64,000 bases of DNA from Deltaproteobacteria bacterium (GCA_019310485.1 JAFDEF010000004.1:35890-99889); one strand, 5' to 3'; positions 26,467 through 36,883 are shown, numbered from the stretch's first letter. Made by a program: numbers and translations. Notes: a model not told the origin generated them from the letters alone.

Positions 26467-27018
26467 ATGAATGATAAATTGATCTGGGTGGATTTAGAGA
26501 TGACGGGCCTTGATCCTGAAAAGGGCCACATACTTGAAATAGCAAGCATTGTAACAGACAGCGATCTGGAGATTATTGCAGAAGGGCCAAACCTCGCAAT
26601 AAACTACCCGGAAGAAATTGTTCGTTCCATGGATGAGTGGAGCAAATCCCACCATGGGGCATCCGGTCTTGTAGACAGGGTCAAAAGCTCGCACTACGAT
26701 TGCAAAAAGGCGGAAGAAGTTACCCTCCGTTTCTTGTCCCAGTATTGCAAGAGGGGGGAATCACCACTTTGCGGAAATTCCGTATGGCAGGATCGACGGT
26801 TCCTTGTAAAGCACATGCCGCGCCTGGAAAGCTTTCTTCATTACAGGAATATTGATGTAAGCACAATCAAGGAACTGGTTCGAAGATGGTATCCTTCCCT
26901 CCCGGCTTATGAGAAAAGAAAAGCACACCTTGCCCTTAGCGACATTAAGGAATCCATAAACGAGCTGAGATACTATCGGGAAACAGTGTTTGTTGGCGGA
27001 ATAACGTTGAAATGCTGA
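26467..27018 (+). CDS. orn: Oligoribonuclease
   Basis: MNDKLIWVDLEMTGLDPEKGHILEIASIVTD..., a DEDDh exonuclease with H-x4-D (AHLALSDIKESI). About 183 aa from the ATG at 26467. Confidence 0.9.
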   Translation: MNDKLIWVDLEMTGLDPEKGHILEIASIVTDSDLEIIAEGPNLAINYPEEIVRSMDEWSKSHHGASGLVDRVKSSHYDCKKAEEVTLRFLSQYCKRGESPLCGNSVWQDRRFLVKHMPRLESFLHYRNIDVSTIKELVRRWYPSLPAYEKRKAHLALSDIKESINELRYYRETVFVGGITLKC

Positions 27019-27106
27019 GAAAAAGTTCAAAGCCAGGCCCCAGACTGAACAGCCTTGCGCCGGATGCTTTCCCGGTTTTGAGGTCCTGCCCATATTAAAG
27101 GGGCGC

Positions 27107-28585
27107 CTATTTTTCCCCTTTGGGCGTCTGCTTTTCGGGTTTGGTCACCTTTCCGGTAGTAAGATATTCGTGGATACTTTTTGCAGCCACCTTTCCGGCG
27201 CCCATGGCGGAGATCACCGTGGCTGCACCGGTTACAATATCCCCACCTGCAAACACTCCCTTTTTCGAGGTTTCAAGAGTATCCGGATCACACTCAAGTG
27301 TGCCCCAGCGTGTGGTCTTGAGATCAGGGGTAGTCATGGGAATAAGCGGGTTTGGGCGGTTTCCGAGAGCAGGGACCACAGTATCACAATCAATAATGAA
27401 CTCACTTCCCTTGATGGGTATGGGCCTGCGGCGACCCGAGGCGTCCGGCTCACCCAGCTTCATCTTTATGCATTCTATTGATTTAACCTTCCCTTTCTCG
27501 TCCCCTATGATGCGCACTGGATTTGTGAGAATCTTAATCTGCACGCCCTCTTCTTCTGCGTGGTGTATTTCCTCTGCACGGGCAGGCATTTCTGCCCGGC
27601 TTCGGCGGTAGACAATTATGGATTCAGCACCGAGGCGGAGAGCTGTGCGCGCTGAATCCATTGCCACGTTGCCGCCGCCGATTGTGATCACTTTCTTGCT
27701 TCTTATGGGGGCTGTCCCGTACTCGGGAAATCTGAAAGCCTTCATCAGGTTTGACCTTGTGAGGTACTCGTTGGCTGAGTATACACCAACAAGGTTTTCC
27801 CCGGGAATGTTCATGAAAATGGGCAGACCGGCCCCTGTACCAATAAATACTGCGTCAAACCCGTTTCTTAGAAGTTCATCAACAGTGTTTGCTTTGCCAA
27901 CCACGTAGTCGGTTTTTATCTCCACGCCGAGCTTTCTAAGGTAGTCTACTTCAAATCTCACAATCTCCTTGGGAAGCCGGAACTCGGGAATGCCGTATAC
28001 AAGTACCCCGCCCGGTTCATGAAGAGCCTCAAAAATCGTGACCTGGTGGCCGAGCTTGATAAGATCACCTGCCACTGTCAAACCCGCAGGCCCTGCGCCA
28101 ATGACCGCCACCTTTTTACCTGTGGGCTTGGAGATATCGGGCAGCTTGATTTTGCCGGCTGATCGTTCGAAGTCTGCTGCAAACCGCTCCAGCCGCCCGA
28201 TTGCAACCGGTTCACCCTTCTTTCCCAAGATGCACTTTGACTCGCACTGCGACTCTTGGGGACAAACACGGCCGGTAACAGCAGGAAGCGAATTCTGCTC
28301 CTTAAGTTTCCAGGCTGCCTCTATAAACTTCCCCTCCTCGATAAGTTTAATAAACTCAGGTATTCTTATGTTTACAGGACAGCCGGTCATGCAAAGAGGC
28401 TTCTTGCATTTGAGGCAGCGCTTTGCCTCGGTCAATGCAAGTTCTTCAGTGAAGCCGTAAGGCACTTCTTCAAAATTGTGTCTTCGCCTTCGTGGATCTT
28501 GCTCCGGCATTTTTTGCCGTGGAATTTTTTTTCTCTCTTTTGGGTCCATCTCTATTCCTGATTTGAAAGCGGTGTTAGAAGTCAA
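27107..28585 (-). CDS. NfnB / GltD-type NADPH-dependent FAD + 2x[4Fe-4S] oxidoreductase subunit
   Basis: 492 aa. EAKRCLKCKKPLCMTGCPV...TGRVCPQESQCESKCILG (GltD N-terminal clusters), VAVIGAGPAGLT, GGGNVAMD. It lies downstream of a protein carrying an NfnA domain. Confidence 0.85.
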   Translation of the reverse strand: MTSNTAFKSGIEMDPKERKKIPRQKMPEQDPRRRRHNFEEVPYGFTEELALTEAKRCLKCKKPLCMTGCPVNIRIPEFIKLIEEGKFIEAAWKLKEQNSLPAVTGRVCPQESQCESKCILGKKGEPVAIGRLERFAADFERSAGKIKLPDISKPTGKKVAVIGAGPAGLTVAGDLIKLGHQVTIFEALHEPGGVLVYGIPEFRLPKEIVRFEVDYLRKLGVEIKTDYVVGKANTVDELLRNGFDAVFIGTGAGLPIFMNIPGENLVGVYSANEYLTRSNLMKAFRFPEYGTAPIRSKKVITIGGGNVAMDSARTALRLGAESIIVYRRSRAEMPARAEEIHHAEEEGVQIKILTNPVRIIGDEKGKVKSIECIKMKLGEPDASGRRRPIPIKGSEFIIDCDTVVPALGNRPNPLIPMTTPDLKTTRWGTLECDPDTLETSKKGVFAGGDIVTGAATVISAMGAGKVAAKSIHEYLTTGKVTKPEKQTPKGEK

Positions 28586-28637
28586 CTGTTTCCATACAGA
28601 TTAGGCCCTTGCTTTTTGGACTTAGAGCTCGCTTTGC

Positions 28638-31163
28638 CTATCCTTTTGCTGTCAGGCAAGCATGGCCCGGCTCATGCATGGGGACAGGCTCCTGAGGCAT
28701 AGCCTCAATTTCTTCCGTTTTAAAGGCAGCCTGTCTTTGCATCAATTCGATCCAGTTGATTTTCAGTCCGTCAAGAAAGGGACCGTCGACGCAGGCAAAT
28801 TTCGTTGCTTCACCCACGCTGACTCTACACGCCCCGCACATGCCCGTGCCGTCAAGCATTAGAGGGTTCATGGCAGTCTGTGTGGGGATTCCATGTTTTT
28901 TAGCAAGCTCGGAGACAAGCATCATCATGAAAGTGCATCCAATGACATATGCCTGGTCTATCTTTTCCCCTCTTTGGATTAACATTTCAATAGCCTCTTG
29001 AACTCCCCCTTTCAATCCCTCTGAGCCGTCCTTGGTGACAATAACCAGTTCGTCACAGTTTGCCGATAGCCTGTCTTTCCAGTGAAGAAGGTAATGACTT
29101 GCAGCTTCCTCTATACATATGACCCTGTTGCCGGCCTGCTTCATGGCCCTGGCGATTGGGAGCATGGCTCCCACACCGTAACACCCTCCTGCGCAAACAA
29201 CCGTGCCGTATTTCTTGACATCAACGGGCTTGCCCAGTGGTCCTGTCAGGTGGGCTAGGTATTCTCCAGCACGGGTATTGGCAAGCTCGCGGCTTGACCT
29301 GCCGAGTTCCAAGGTGACCAGCGTGATTGTGCCGCTTTTGCGGTCAAAGTCGGATATGGTGTAAGGAATGCGCTCGGAGGTCCTGCCCACCATGGCAATG
29401 ACAAACTGTCCTGGTTGACATTTTTGGGCTATGACAGGTGCCTGGATAGTAACCATATGAGTATTTGGAACAATTTCAATTTTTTCAATTATTCGAAAAG
29501 GAGTTTCTTCGGCCTCCTCGCGCTCTTTTTTCTTTTCAATTTCCTCTGGGGGCATGAAAGCCTCCAATGCGCAAACGAGATCGCTCAAACGGTGACCGCG
29601 ATAGAATTGAGGAAGTGAGTCCACATGCTCAAGAGGAGATGGCTCTGGAGACAAAGGGGGTTCTTGGTCAATCGCCTTTCTTTTTTTCATTTCCTTCAAG
29701 ATTCCCCCTGTGGTCCTGAACCCGAATCCGGAAACCCCCATCTTTTTTGCTATGTCACAAACTATTTTCCAGTCAGGAAAGAGATTTTCCGGCGGGGTAG
29801 CTGCTGCTTTCAGGGTTTTCACTTTGCCCTGGGAGTTAAGGAAAGTTCCGTCTGTTTCAGCAAGGGCAGCAGCTGCCAGGAAGACATCAGCCGTTTTCTC
29901 CAGTCGTGACGGGAACAAATCGGCTACAATAATTGCCTCTAGCTTTTCAATTGAAATCGGGTCAATAAAATCACCCAGCGAGTAAAGGGCCTTAATTTTT
30001 CCCCTGTTTATTGCGTCGAGTACTGAAGCAGGCTGGATGAGTAATTTATCGCCATTAGCAGTGGCCAGGGCGAAGTTATCTGATTTCATTACCTCTTTTG
30101 TGAATTTCTTAAGAATGTATATCTCCTCTCTTGTGGCCCCTGAATGAGCAATAAGAGCAAATTGATCCCCTCTGTAAGCCTCAAGGATCCCGGCTGCCCG
30201 CTCAACCGCTTCTTTATAAGAAGCCTCTATGAGCCCATCTTCGATCCGAACCTGGTGTGAAAGTCGCCTTGCGGGATTGTTTAGAAGTTGGGGAAGCACA
30301 AAACGCCCTATTGCGCAGATCCTGGCTTCCCTGGAAAAAGCGCTCATGCTTGCGCCAATGGCTTTGCCATCCTTGATTTTGAAATTAAGCGAGCAGCCAA
30401 GTGGGCAAACCACGCATGTGGATTCTTGGACCCAGTCAGGAGCCCCATACCATTTGGCAAACCTGTCGGACATTGCCCCGGTAGGGCAGATGTCGACACA
30501 TGCCCCGCAAAAACGGCAATCTGTGTCCGTGTGGGGCCTGTTGAAAGCTGTGCCTATGCGGGCGTCTTTACCACGGTTAATAAAATCAATTGTGCCCTTT
30601 TCGTGGATCTTTTCGCAAATGCGGGCGCACCGGCCGCAAAGGATGCACAGGTTGTAGTCCCTGTCCATAAAGGGATCAATTTGCTCAACTTCGAGGTTTT
30701 TGTAAATGATTGGAACTTCCAGGTCATTAATTTCGTATTCATCGGCAAGCATTCTAAGCTCGCATGTGTCCCTGTTGCTGCAAAAAACGCACCGGGTCAC
30801 CTTTCCGGCTTTGAAGGAGCGGGGACGGTATTTTTCGCACGACTCGCGATGAAGACACACAAAGCAAGGGCTGGTATGGCCGCTTAGCATCAGTTTTATG
30901 ACGTTTTTTCGCAACTCTATGATTTCAGGTGATACAGTCTTTACGACCATGCCTTCAGCAGCGGGAGTCGTGCAGGACGTAGGATATCCACGCATTCCCT
31001 CGATTTCCACAATACATAACCGACACGCCCCATATGGCTCAAGGGCAGGGTGGGCACAAAGGGTGGGGATCTTGATACCTGCCTTTTGCGCGGCCTCAAG
31101 TACGGTGTCTCCTTCCTTGGCTTTTACCTTTCGGCCTTCTATAGTCAATTGAATCTCGGTCAT
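28638..31163 (-). CDS. Fusion protein: NuoG/HydA-N-terminal-like Fe-S module + truncated molybdopterin-oxidoreductase-like domain + C-terminal NfnA/PyrK-like FAD/[2Fe-2S] domain
   Basis: 841 aa. The N-terminal 2Fe-2S region is CAHPALEPYGACRLCIVEI...C. HTSPCFVCLHRESC is an H-x3-C-x2-C-x5-C motif. CILCGRCARIC and CRFCGACVDICP are further clusters, and CVVCPLGCSL is a Mo-bisPGD-type 4Fe-4S motif. An acidic linker follows. The C-terminal ...GGCYGVGAM...MLDGTGMCGACRVSVGEATKFACVDGPF is the NfnA/PyrK signature. Confidence 0.8.
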   Translation of the reverse strand: MTEIQLTIEGRKVKAKEGDTVLEAAQKAGIKIPTLCAHPALEPYGACRLCIVEIEGMRGYPTSCTTPAAEGMVVKTVSPEIIELRKNVIKLMLSGHTSPCFVCLHRESCEKYRPRSFKAGKVTRCVFCSNRDTCELRMLADEYEINDLEVPIIYKNLEVEQIDPFMDRDYNLCILCGRCARICEKIHEKGTIDFINRGKDARIGTAFNRPHTDTDCRFCGACVDICPTGAMSDRFAKWYGAPDWVQESTCVVCPLGCSLNFKIKDGKAIGASMSAFSREARICAIGRFVLPQLLNNPARRLSHQVRIEDGLIEASYKEAVERAAGILEAYRGDQFALIAHSGATREEIYILKKFTKEVMKSDNFALATANGDKLLIQPASVLDAINRGKIKALYSLGDFIDPISIEKLEAIIVADLFPSRLEKTADVFLAAAALAETDGTFLNSQGKVKTLKAAATPPENLFPDWKIVCDIAKKMGVSGFGFRTTGGILKEMKKRKAIDQEPPLSPEPSPLEHVDSLPQFYRGHRLSDLVCALEAFMPPEEIEKKKEREEAEETPFRIIEKIEIVPNTHMVTIQAPVIAQKCQPGQFVIAMVGRTSERIPYTISDFDRKSGTITLVTLELGRSSRELANTRAGEYLAHLTGPLGKPVDVKKYGTVVCAGGCYGVGAMLPIARAMKQAGNRVICIEEAASHYLLHWKDRLSANCDELVIVTKDGSEGLKGGVQEAIEMLIQRGEKIDQAYVIGCTFMMMLVSELAKKHGIPTQTAMNPLMLDGTGMCGACRVSVGEATKFACVDGPFLDGLKINWIELMQRQAAFKTEEIEAMPQEPVPMHEPGHACLTAKG

Positions 31164-31216
31164 AGCCCCTCATTCCTTTTAACTTGATAGCTTCCCACGG
31201 CTTGCTGCAGGAAGCT

Positions 31217-34200
31217 TCATTGCATCTCGAATTGAGTTTCCAGATCACATCTCAAGCATCTTTTGGCTTCCAGCATGGCCTGCTCTTCGGAAAGACTTTC
31301 TTCAACTTCTTCAAAGCTTTTGATGCGGTCATTTCTGTCCTTGCGAGGTATCTGTGGCCTTGCAAGTTGTTCAATTTCCTCATCCGTTAGCTCGACCGGT
31401 GGCACATATTCTGCGGGCCGAACGGGCTTGTAGTGCCGTACGACGGGGTTTCCCCTGAGATACTGGTGAATCCCTTTTGCCGCAAGCTTTCCGTGAAAGA
31501 TGGCTGTTACAACGTTTAGTGGACCGGTCACCACATCACCGCCGGCGAAGACGCCCTTTCTGTCACAGAGGTCTGTCTCTTCATCGACCACTATGGTTCC
31601 TTGTCTGCTAACTTTTAAGCCAGCGTCCTTTGAAAAGCTCAGATCAGATGTCTGACCGATGGCGACAATAACATTATCACATCCTACCATAAACTCGGAC
31701 CCAGGAATTGGCAACGGCCTTCGCCTGCCGCTTGCATCGGGCTCCCCTAGTTCCATCTTGATGCACTCTATGCCCCTGATTCCGTTCCCTTCAGGAACGA
31801 CTCGTTTGGGGGCGGTGAGGAACCTGACATCGATCCCTTCCTCCTCAAGCTGTTCCAGTTCTTCGGGCAGGGCTGGCATTTCTTCAAAGGAGCGTCTGTA
31901 AAGAATAAACACGCTTTTTACGCCAAGTCGAATAGCACATCGGGCAGAGTCAATGGCCACGTTGCCGCCGCCGACCACCGCCACCCTTTCTCCCAGATTG
32001 GGTTTTTTATTGAGATTGACATCCCTAAGGAACCTAACCCCTGGAATAACGGCCGGATTGTCAGCCCCCTCAATGGCTAGTTCCAAGGCCTTATGCGAGC
32101 CCGTCGCAATGAATACGGCTTTGTAAGCCTGATTGAAAAGATCTTCAATCGTGAAGTCTTTACCCAGTGTTTGATTTGCCCTTATCTCAACGCCGGTCTT
32201 TTTGATGTAATCTATTTCATAGTCAAGCACATCACGCGGCAGCCGGTATTCGGGGATGCCCACCGCTAGCATTCCTCCTAGGATAGGAAGGGCCTCGAAA
32301 ATGGTACATTGGTAGCCGGTTAGGGTGAGAAAATATGCGGCTGAAAGCCCTGCAGGTCCTGAGCCTATGATTGCTATTTTTTCTTTATACTTGGCTTCGG
32401 CCTTTCTGGGCTTGATGCCCTTTTTCATTTCATAATCCGCGGCAAAGCGCTTGAGAGCGCGGATTGCGATTGGATCACCATGCTTTCCAGCCTCACATTT
32501 TGTCTCGCAAGGGTGTGGGCAAACTCGTCCACATATGCCTGGAAGTGGATTCTCCTTGCGGATGACCCTGATAGCATCATCGAACTTTCCTTGCGCGATG
32601 TAGCCCACATAACAGGGTACATCCTGGTTTATGGGGCATGTATACTGGCATGGAGATGAAATGAGCCCTTTGCAAACGACGGCATCGCATGTTTTCCTTT
32701 TCAGGTGGTCTTCAAATTCATCTTTGAAATAGCGCAGCGCACTCAACACTGGGTTCGGAAGCGTCTGTCCAAGGCCGCACAAGGAACTTGATTGAACCGT
32801 ATGGCAAAGCTTTTCGAGTTTACCAATGTAACTCATATCGCCTTTGCCCTCAGTAATTTCAGTGACCATCCTTAGCAAGTGCTGAGAGCCCATCCTGCAA
32901 GGGACACACTTTCCACATGATTCAGTATGGGTGAATCCTAGAAAGTATTTGACAACATCCACTATGCAGGAATCCTCATCCATCACGATCATTCCGCCTG
33001 AGCCCATAATGGATCCAGCTTTGGCAAGTTCTTCATAGTCCACTCTTAAATTTGATAGTTCCGCGGGGATGCAACCGCCAGAAGGCCCCCCTGTTTGGAC
33101 AGCTTTGAATTTTTTGTGGTCTGGAATGCCCCCTCCGATATTGAATATGATATCTTCTATGCTGATGCCCATGGGGACCTCGATCAGGCCTGTACGATTG
33201 ATTTTGCCAGCCAAGGCAAAGGTCTTAGTGCCCTTGCTTGTTTCAGTGCCATAGGAGGCGAACCATTCGGGCCCTTTGTTCATGATTTCGGAGACGTTAG
33301 CAAGTGTTTCGACATTGTTAATATTCGTAGGTTTACCGTGAAGGCCGGCTTGGGCAGGGAAGGGCGGACGTGGCCTAGGCATTCCCCTTTTTCCTTCAAT
33401 AGAAGCCATAAGAGCCGTCTCCTCACCGCAAACAAATGCTCCAGCCCCCATCTTGATTTTTATCTCAAGATTGAAATCCGATCCCATGATATTATTGCCT
33501 AAGAATCTCAATTGTCTCATTTGGTTAATTGCGTTCCGAATTCGTTCGATTGCAAGAGGATATTCAGCGCGAACATAAACAATAGCCTGGCTTGCCCCAA
33601 TTGCATAAGCCCCTATGGTCAGCCCTTCTAAGACGGCATGGGGGTCGCTTTCAAGCACTGCCCGATCCATAAATGCCCCCGGGTCTCCTTCGTCGGCATT
33701 GCAAATCATGTACTTTATGTCGCTCTTTGACTTTCGAGCAAAGCTCCACTTAAGACCGGTTGGGAAACCTGCACCACCACGTCCGCGCAGACCAGAGGCC
33801 TTTATCTTCTCAATTACTTCTTCTGGTTTCATCTTGAGGGCTTTGTAAAGACCAGAATATCCACCTCTGGCCACGTAGTGATATACATTAGATGGGTCTA
33901 TAAGACCCGCATTTCTCAACACAACTCGAACCTGTGGATTGATCATGGGGAGGTCAGTGAACTTAGGAAGACCTTCAATATCTATTTCTCCAAAGGAGCA
34001 CAAAGCGTATTCAAAGCAGGGGCTTCCATTAAGGATGAAACCCTCTATAAGTTCAGGAATCATATCCTCATTTACTCCTTGATAAAGGACACGCCTGCCG
34101 TCAGGAAGCCCTATTTCAATATTTGGCTCCGAATAGCACATTCCCAGGCAGCCCACTCCGACTATGTCCGCCTGAAGATTACGTTTTTCGAGCTCCTGGC

Positions 34201-34336
34201 TAAATCGATGCCAAGCTCGCATCGCACCAGCAGCTCTTCCACATGTCGCTTCTCCAACCAATATTCTGGGTTTTTCAATCTGGTTGAATTTTTCCCACAG
34301 AACCTTTGCTTTTTGTTGTATCTCTTCGAAATTCAT
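31217..34336 (-). CDS. Fusion protein: NuoF/HydB-like (FMN, NADH-binding) + GltD/NfnB-like (FAD, NADPH-binding) domains
   Basis: 1039 aa. GLRGRGGAGFPTGLKWSF is the 51-kDa FMN site, and ESCGKCVPCR is the N3 cluster. The GltD-like half is GICGRVCPHPCETKCEAG, IAIIGSGPAGLSAA and GGGNVAIDSAR. The N-terminus is a thioredoxin-like 2Fe-2S-type region. Confidence 0.8.
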   Translation of the reverse strand: MNFEEIQQKAKVLWEKFNQIEKPRILVGEATCGRAAGAMRAWHRFSQELEKRNLQADIVGVGCLGMCYSEPNIEIGLPDGRRVLYQGVNEDMIPELIEGFILNGSPCFEYALCSFGEIDIEGLPKFTDLPMINPQVRVVLRNAGLIDPSNVYHYVARGGYSGLYKALKMKPEEVIEKIKASGLRGRGGAGFPTGLKWSFARKSKSDIKYMICNADEGDPGAFMDRAVLESDPHAVLEGLTIGAYAIGASQAIVYVRAEYPLAIERIRNAINQMRQLRFLGNNIMGSDFNLEIKIKMGAGAFVCGEETALMASIEGKRGMPRPRPPFPAQAGLHGKPTNINNVETLANVSEIMNKGPEWFASYGTETSKGTKTFALAGKINRTGLIEVPMGISIEDIIFNIGGGIPDHKKFKAVQTGGPSGGCIPAELSNLRVDYEELAKAGSIMGSGGMIVMDEDSCIVDVVKYFLGFTHTESCGKCVPCRMGSQHLLRMVTEITEGKGDMSYIGKLEKLCHTVQSSSLCGLGQTLPNPVLSALRYFKDEFEDHLKRKTCDAVVCKGLISSPCQYTCPINQDVPCYVGYIAQGKFDDAIRVIRKENPLPGICGRVCPHPCETKCEAGKHGDPIAIRALKRFAADYEMKKGIKPRKAEAKYKEKIAIIGSGPAGLSAAYFLTLTGYQCTIFEALPILGGMLAVGIPEYRLPRDVLDYEIDYIKKTGVEIRANQTLGKDFTIEDLFNQAYKAVFIATGSHKALELAIEGADNPAVIPGVRFLRDVNLNKKPNLGERVAVVGGGNVAIDSARCAIRLGVKSVFILYRRSFEEMPALPEELEQLEEEGIDVRFLTAPKRVVPEGNGIRGIECIKMELGEPDASGRRRPLPIPGSEFMVGCDNVIVAIGQTSDLSFSKDAGLKVSRQGTIVVDEETDLCDRKGVFAGGDVVTGPLNVVTAIFHGKLAAKGIHQYLRGNPVVRHYKPVRPAEYVPPVELTDEEIEQLARPQIPRKDRNDRIKSFEEVEESLSEEQAMLEAKRCLRCDLETQFEMQ

Positions 34337-34782
34337 TCCATCTCCTTTAAGAGCTGCTTGGTTTTCTGTGGCGTCATCCTGCCGTAGACTATATCATCAA
34401 CCACCACTATCGGGGAGAGTGCGCAAGACCCAAAGCATGCCACGCGCTCCAGGCTGAACTTGTAATCAGGAGTGGTTTCTCCAGGTTTAATGCCTATATA
34501 TTTTACCACCTCATTCATGATCCTTTGGCCACCCCGAACGTGGCAGGCTGTCCCTTGGCACACACGGACGATGTGGTCACCGGGCCTTGTAAACCTAAAC
34601 TGGGTATAAAAGGTTGCCACTCCGTAAATGCTACTCTGCGAAACTCGCAGATACTCAGAGATTCCCTTTACAGCATCTTCTGAAATATATCCGAGTTTTC
34701 CCTGAACATCCTGGAGGATCGGTATGAGGCTGTCGCGACTCCGATCATAAGACTGAAGCACTGTCTGCAATTCCTGCGTCAT
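34333..34782 (-). CDS. NuoE/HydC-like thioredoxin-fold [2Fe-2S] subunit
   Basis: 149 aa. VCQGTACHVRG ... CFGSCALSPIVVVD is the classic NuoE motif. Its stop overlaps the NuoF-fusion start by 4 nt. Confidence 0.9.
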   Translation of the reverse strand: MTQELQTVLQSYDRSRDSLIPILQDVQGKLGYISEDAVKGISEYLRVSQSSIYGVATFYTQFRFTRPGDHIVRVCQGTACHVRGGQRIMNEVVKYIGIKPGETTPDYKFSLERVACFGSCALSPIVVVDDIVYGRMTPQKTKQLLKEME

Positions 34783-35025
34783 TTCTTAGACCACCTGTCC
34801 TCGTTTTCATATAAATTCCCATAGCTTACAGCACCAAACACGGCTGAACACAGATTTGAAGCTTCTAATTCTTAAAATCACCCGCATCGGGGGAGCCCTC
34901 CAAGGCTCCAGATCCGCGTGAATTTATAGAAATTACGCACTACCGCTGTCAAGAGAAAACTACGGGAAAAAAGCGGATAGTGAAAGGTTTAGCTTCAATG
35001 ATGAAAACCGGGCGCGGCAAAGAAA

Positions 35026-35952
35026 TCAGGAGATGCTTCTCTGAGCGTAAGTTTCCTGGAGGGTTTTAACAAGGTGGGTCAGGGTGGAATTCACTGGAGT
35101 GGCTATCCCCCGGGCTTTTCCCTCCCGCACAATGGCTCCATTGATGAACTCGATTTCCGTCATTTTTTTGTTGAGTACGTCCTGGAGCATTGAGGCCACA
35201 TTGCCTGAAGTAGCCTGGCATACTTCAATTACGCGCCCGAGAGGATCTGAATAGGGGAGAGTGATTCCCTTGGTGCGCGCCACGGAAACTGCTTCATTGA
35301 CAGCTTGTTCCATAATGATTCTTGTACCGCTAAATTTTGGCAGTAAGCCGTTCTTAAGCCCTGTTATGGCTGCCAGGGCATTAATGCCCACATTTATGAT
35401 CAATTTACCCCAGATGAGGTTCTCGACATCTTCAATTGCCTTTGTCACAAAGCCCGCCTTGTTAAAGGCGTTTACAATCTTAGCCACAGCATTATCAGGA
35501 CCGTTTACCGGCCCAATCATGGTTTCCCCCTGGCCTGCGTGCCTGATGCTCCCAGGCCCCAAAACAGTGGCCCCCTCTGCTGTGACACCCCCTAGAATCC
35601 TTTGTTCATTAAAGATCTCCTGCAATATCTCAATATTTCCCACCCCATTTTGTAAGGTGAGGATCCTTGCCTTGGGTTCTATCCACGGCCTGAGGATTTG
35701 GGCAGCAGCAAGGGTATCGTAAGATTTGACGCATATAAGAACCACATCTGGCACAAGGGGAGGCTTGCCGGTATTTGTGCGCACCTTTACCCGGTATTCT
35801 CCTGTGACACCTTCAACCCTGATGCCCTTCTTGTTTATCTCTAATGCTCGTTCTTCGTGCTTGTCCTGGAGCACGACCTCAAAGCCCGCCATCTTGAGGC
35901 GAGCGGCAAAAAGGCATCCCATGGCCCCAGGGCCAACAATCAAAAAACGCAT
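35026..35952 (-). CDS. panE: 2-dehydropantoate 2-reductase
   Basis: I prefer the ATG at 35952 (MRFLIVGPGAMGCLFAARL, a Rossmann motif). ApbA/PanE-like length, about 308 aa. Adjacent to panB. Confidence 0.8.
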   Translation of the reverse strand: MRFLIVGPGAMGCLFAARLKMAGFEVVLQDKHEERALEINKKGIRVEGVTGEYRVKVRTNTGKPPLVPDVVLICVKSYDTLAAAQILRPWIEPKARILTLQNGVGNIEILQEIFNEQRILGGVTAEGATVLGPGSIRHAGQGETMIGPVNGPDNAVAKIVNAFNKAGFVTKAIEDVENLIWGKLIINVGINALAAITGLKNGLLPKFSGTRIIMEQAVNEAVSVARTKGITLPYSDPLGRVIEVCQATSGNVASMLQDVLNKKMTEIEFINGAIVREGKARGIATPVNSTLTHLVKTLQETYAQRSIS

Positions 35953-36049
35953 TTTCTTATCCCCTGTGTTGACCACATGGTTGTTCGTGCCTCTCCCCTT
36001 GAGCATGTTGCCAGGGGGCAAAAGGGAGGCGGGAGCGGGGCAAGTACAA

Positions 36050-36883
36050 TTAGATTTTTTCCGCCTCCTCCTGGCTCATGGAAAAAGTGTGCTCCGGCCC
36101 AGGGAAGGCGCCCGTTTCCAGATCGTTTTTATATTGGACCAGCGCTTCCTTTATCATGGGAGACAGATTAATATATTGCTTCACAAATTTCGGGGTGAAC
36201 CTTTCGAAAAGCCCCACCACGTCATGGTAAACCAGCACTTGGCCGTCGCAATCTTTTCCTCCGCCTATGCCGATTGTGGGGATCTTCAGCTCTTTTGTAA
36301 TGCGGGCTGCCAGAAGATCGGGAATGCATTCCATCACCACCATAAAAGCACCGGCCTGTTCTAGGTCCTTTGCTGACTGAACGAGCTTTCTAGCACTCTC
36401 AGCGTCTTTCCCTTGCACCTTGAAACCGCTCAGCATGGTGGCTGTTTGAGGTGTAAGCCCGATATGGGCGCAAACCGGTATACCGGCTTTTACAATTGCG
36501 CTTACGGTGGGAGCCACCTCGCTCCCCCCCTCAAGCTTTACTGAATCACAACCTGCTTCCTTGATGAATCTGCCGGCATTTTGAACAGCCTGTTCAAGAC
36601 TCACCTGGTAAGACATAAAAGGCATGTCTCCAATAACGAAGCTGCCTTTGACCGCCCGGCATACGGCTTTGCAATGGTGAATCATATCATCCATCGTGAC
36701 AGGCACTGTTGAGTCATATCCCAGCACCACCATACCGAGGGAATCTCCGACAAGTATGGTGTCAATCCCGGCTTCATCCACCAGCCTCGCTGTTGGATAG
36801 TCATATGCTGTCATCATGGAGATCTTTTGCCCCAATTCCTTTTTCTGAAGTAATTCCCCGATTGTGACCTTTTTTCTATCCAT
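36050..36883 (-). CDS. panB: 3-methyl-2-oxobutanoate hydroxymethyltransferase
   Basis: ATG at 36883 preceded by AGGAGG. MMTAYDYPTARLVDEAGIDTILVGDSLGMVVLGY is the canonical PanB signature. Confidence 0.92.
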   Translation of the reverse strand: MDRKKVTIGELLQKKELGQKISMMTAYDYPTARLVDEAGIDTILVGDSLGMVVLGYDSTVPVTMDDMIHHCKAVCRAVKGSFVIGDMPFMSYQVSLEQAVQNAGRFIKEAGCDSVKLEGGSEVAPTVSAIVKAGIPVCAHIGLTPQTATMLSGFKVQGKDAESARKLVQSAKDLEQAGAFMVVMECIPDLLAARITKELKIPTIGIGGGKDCDGQVLVYHDVVGLFERFTPKFVKQYINLSPMIKEALVQYKNDLETGAFPGPEHTFSMSQEEAEKI

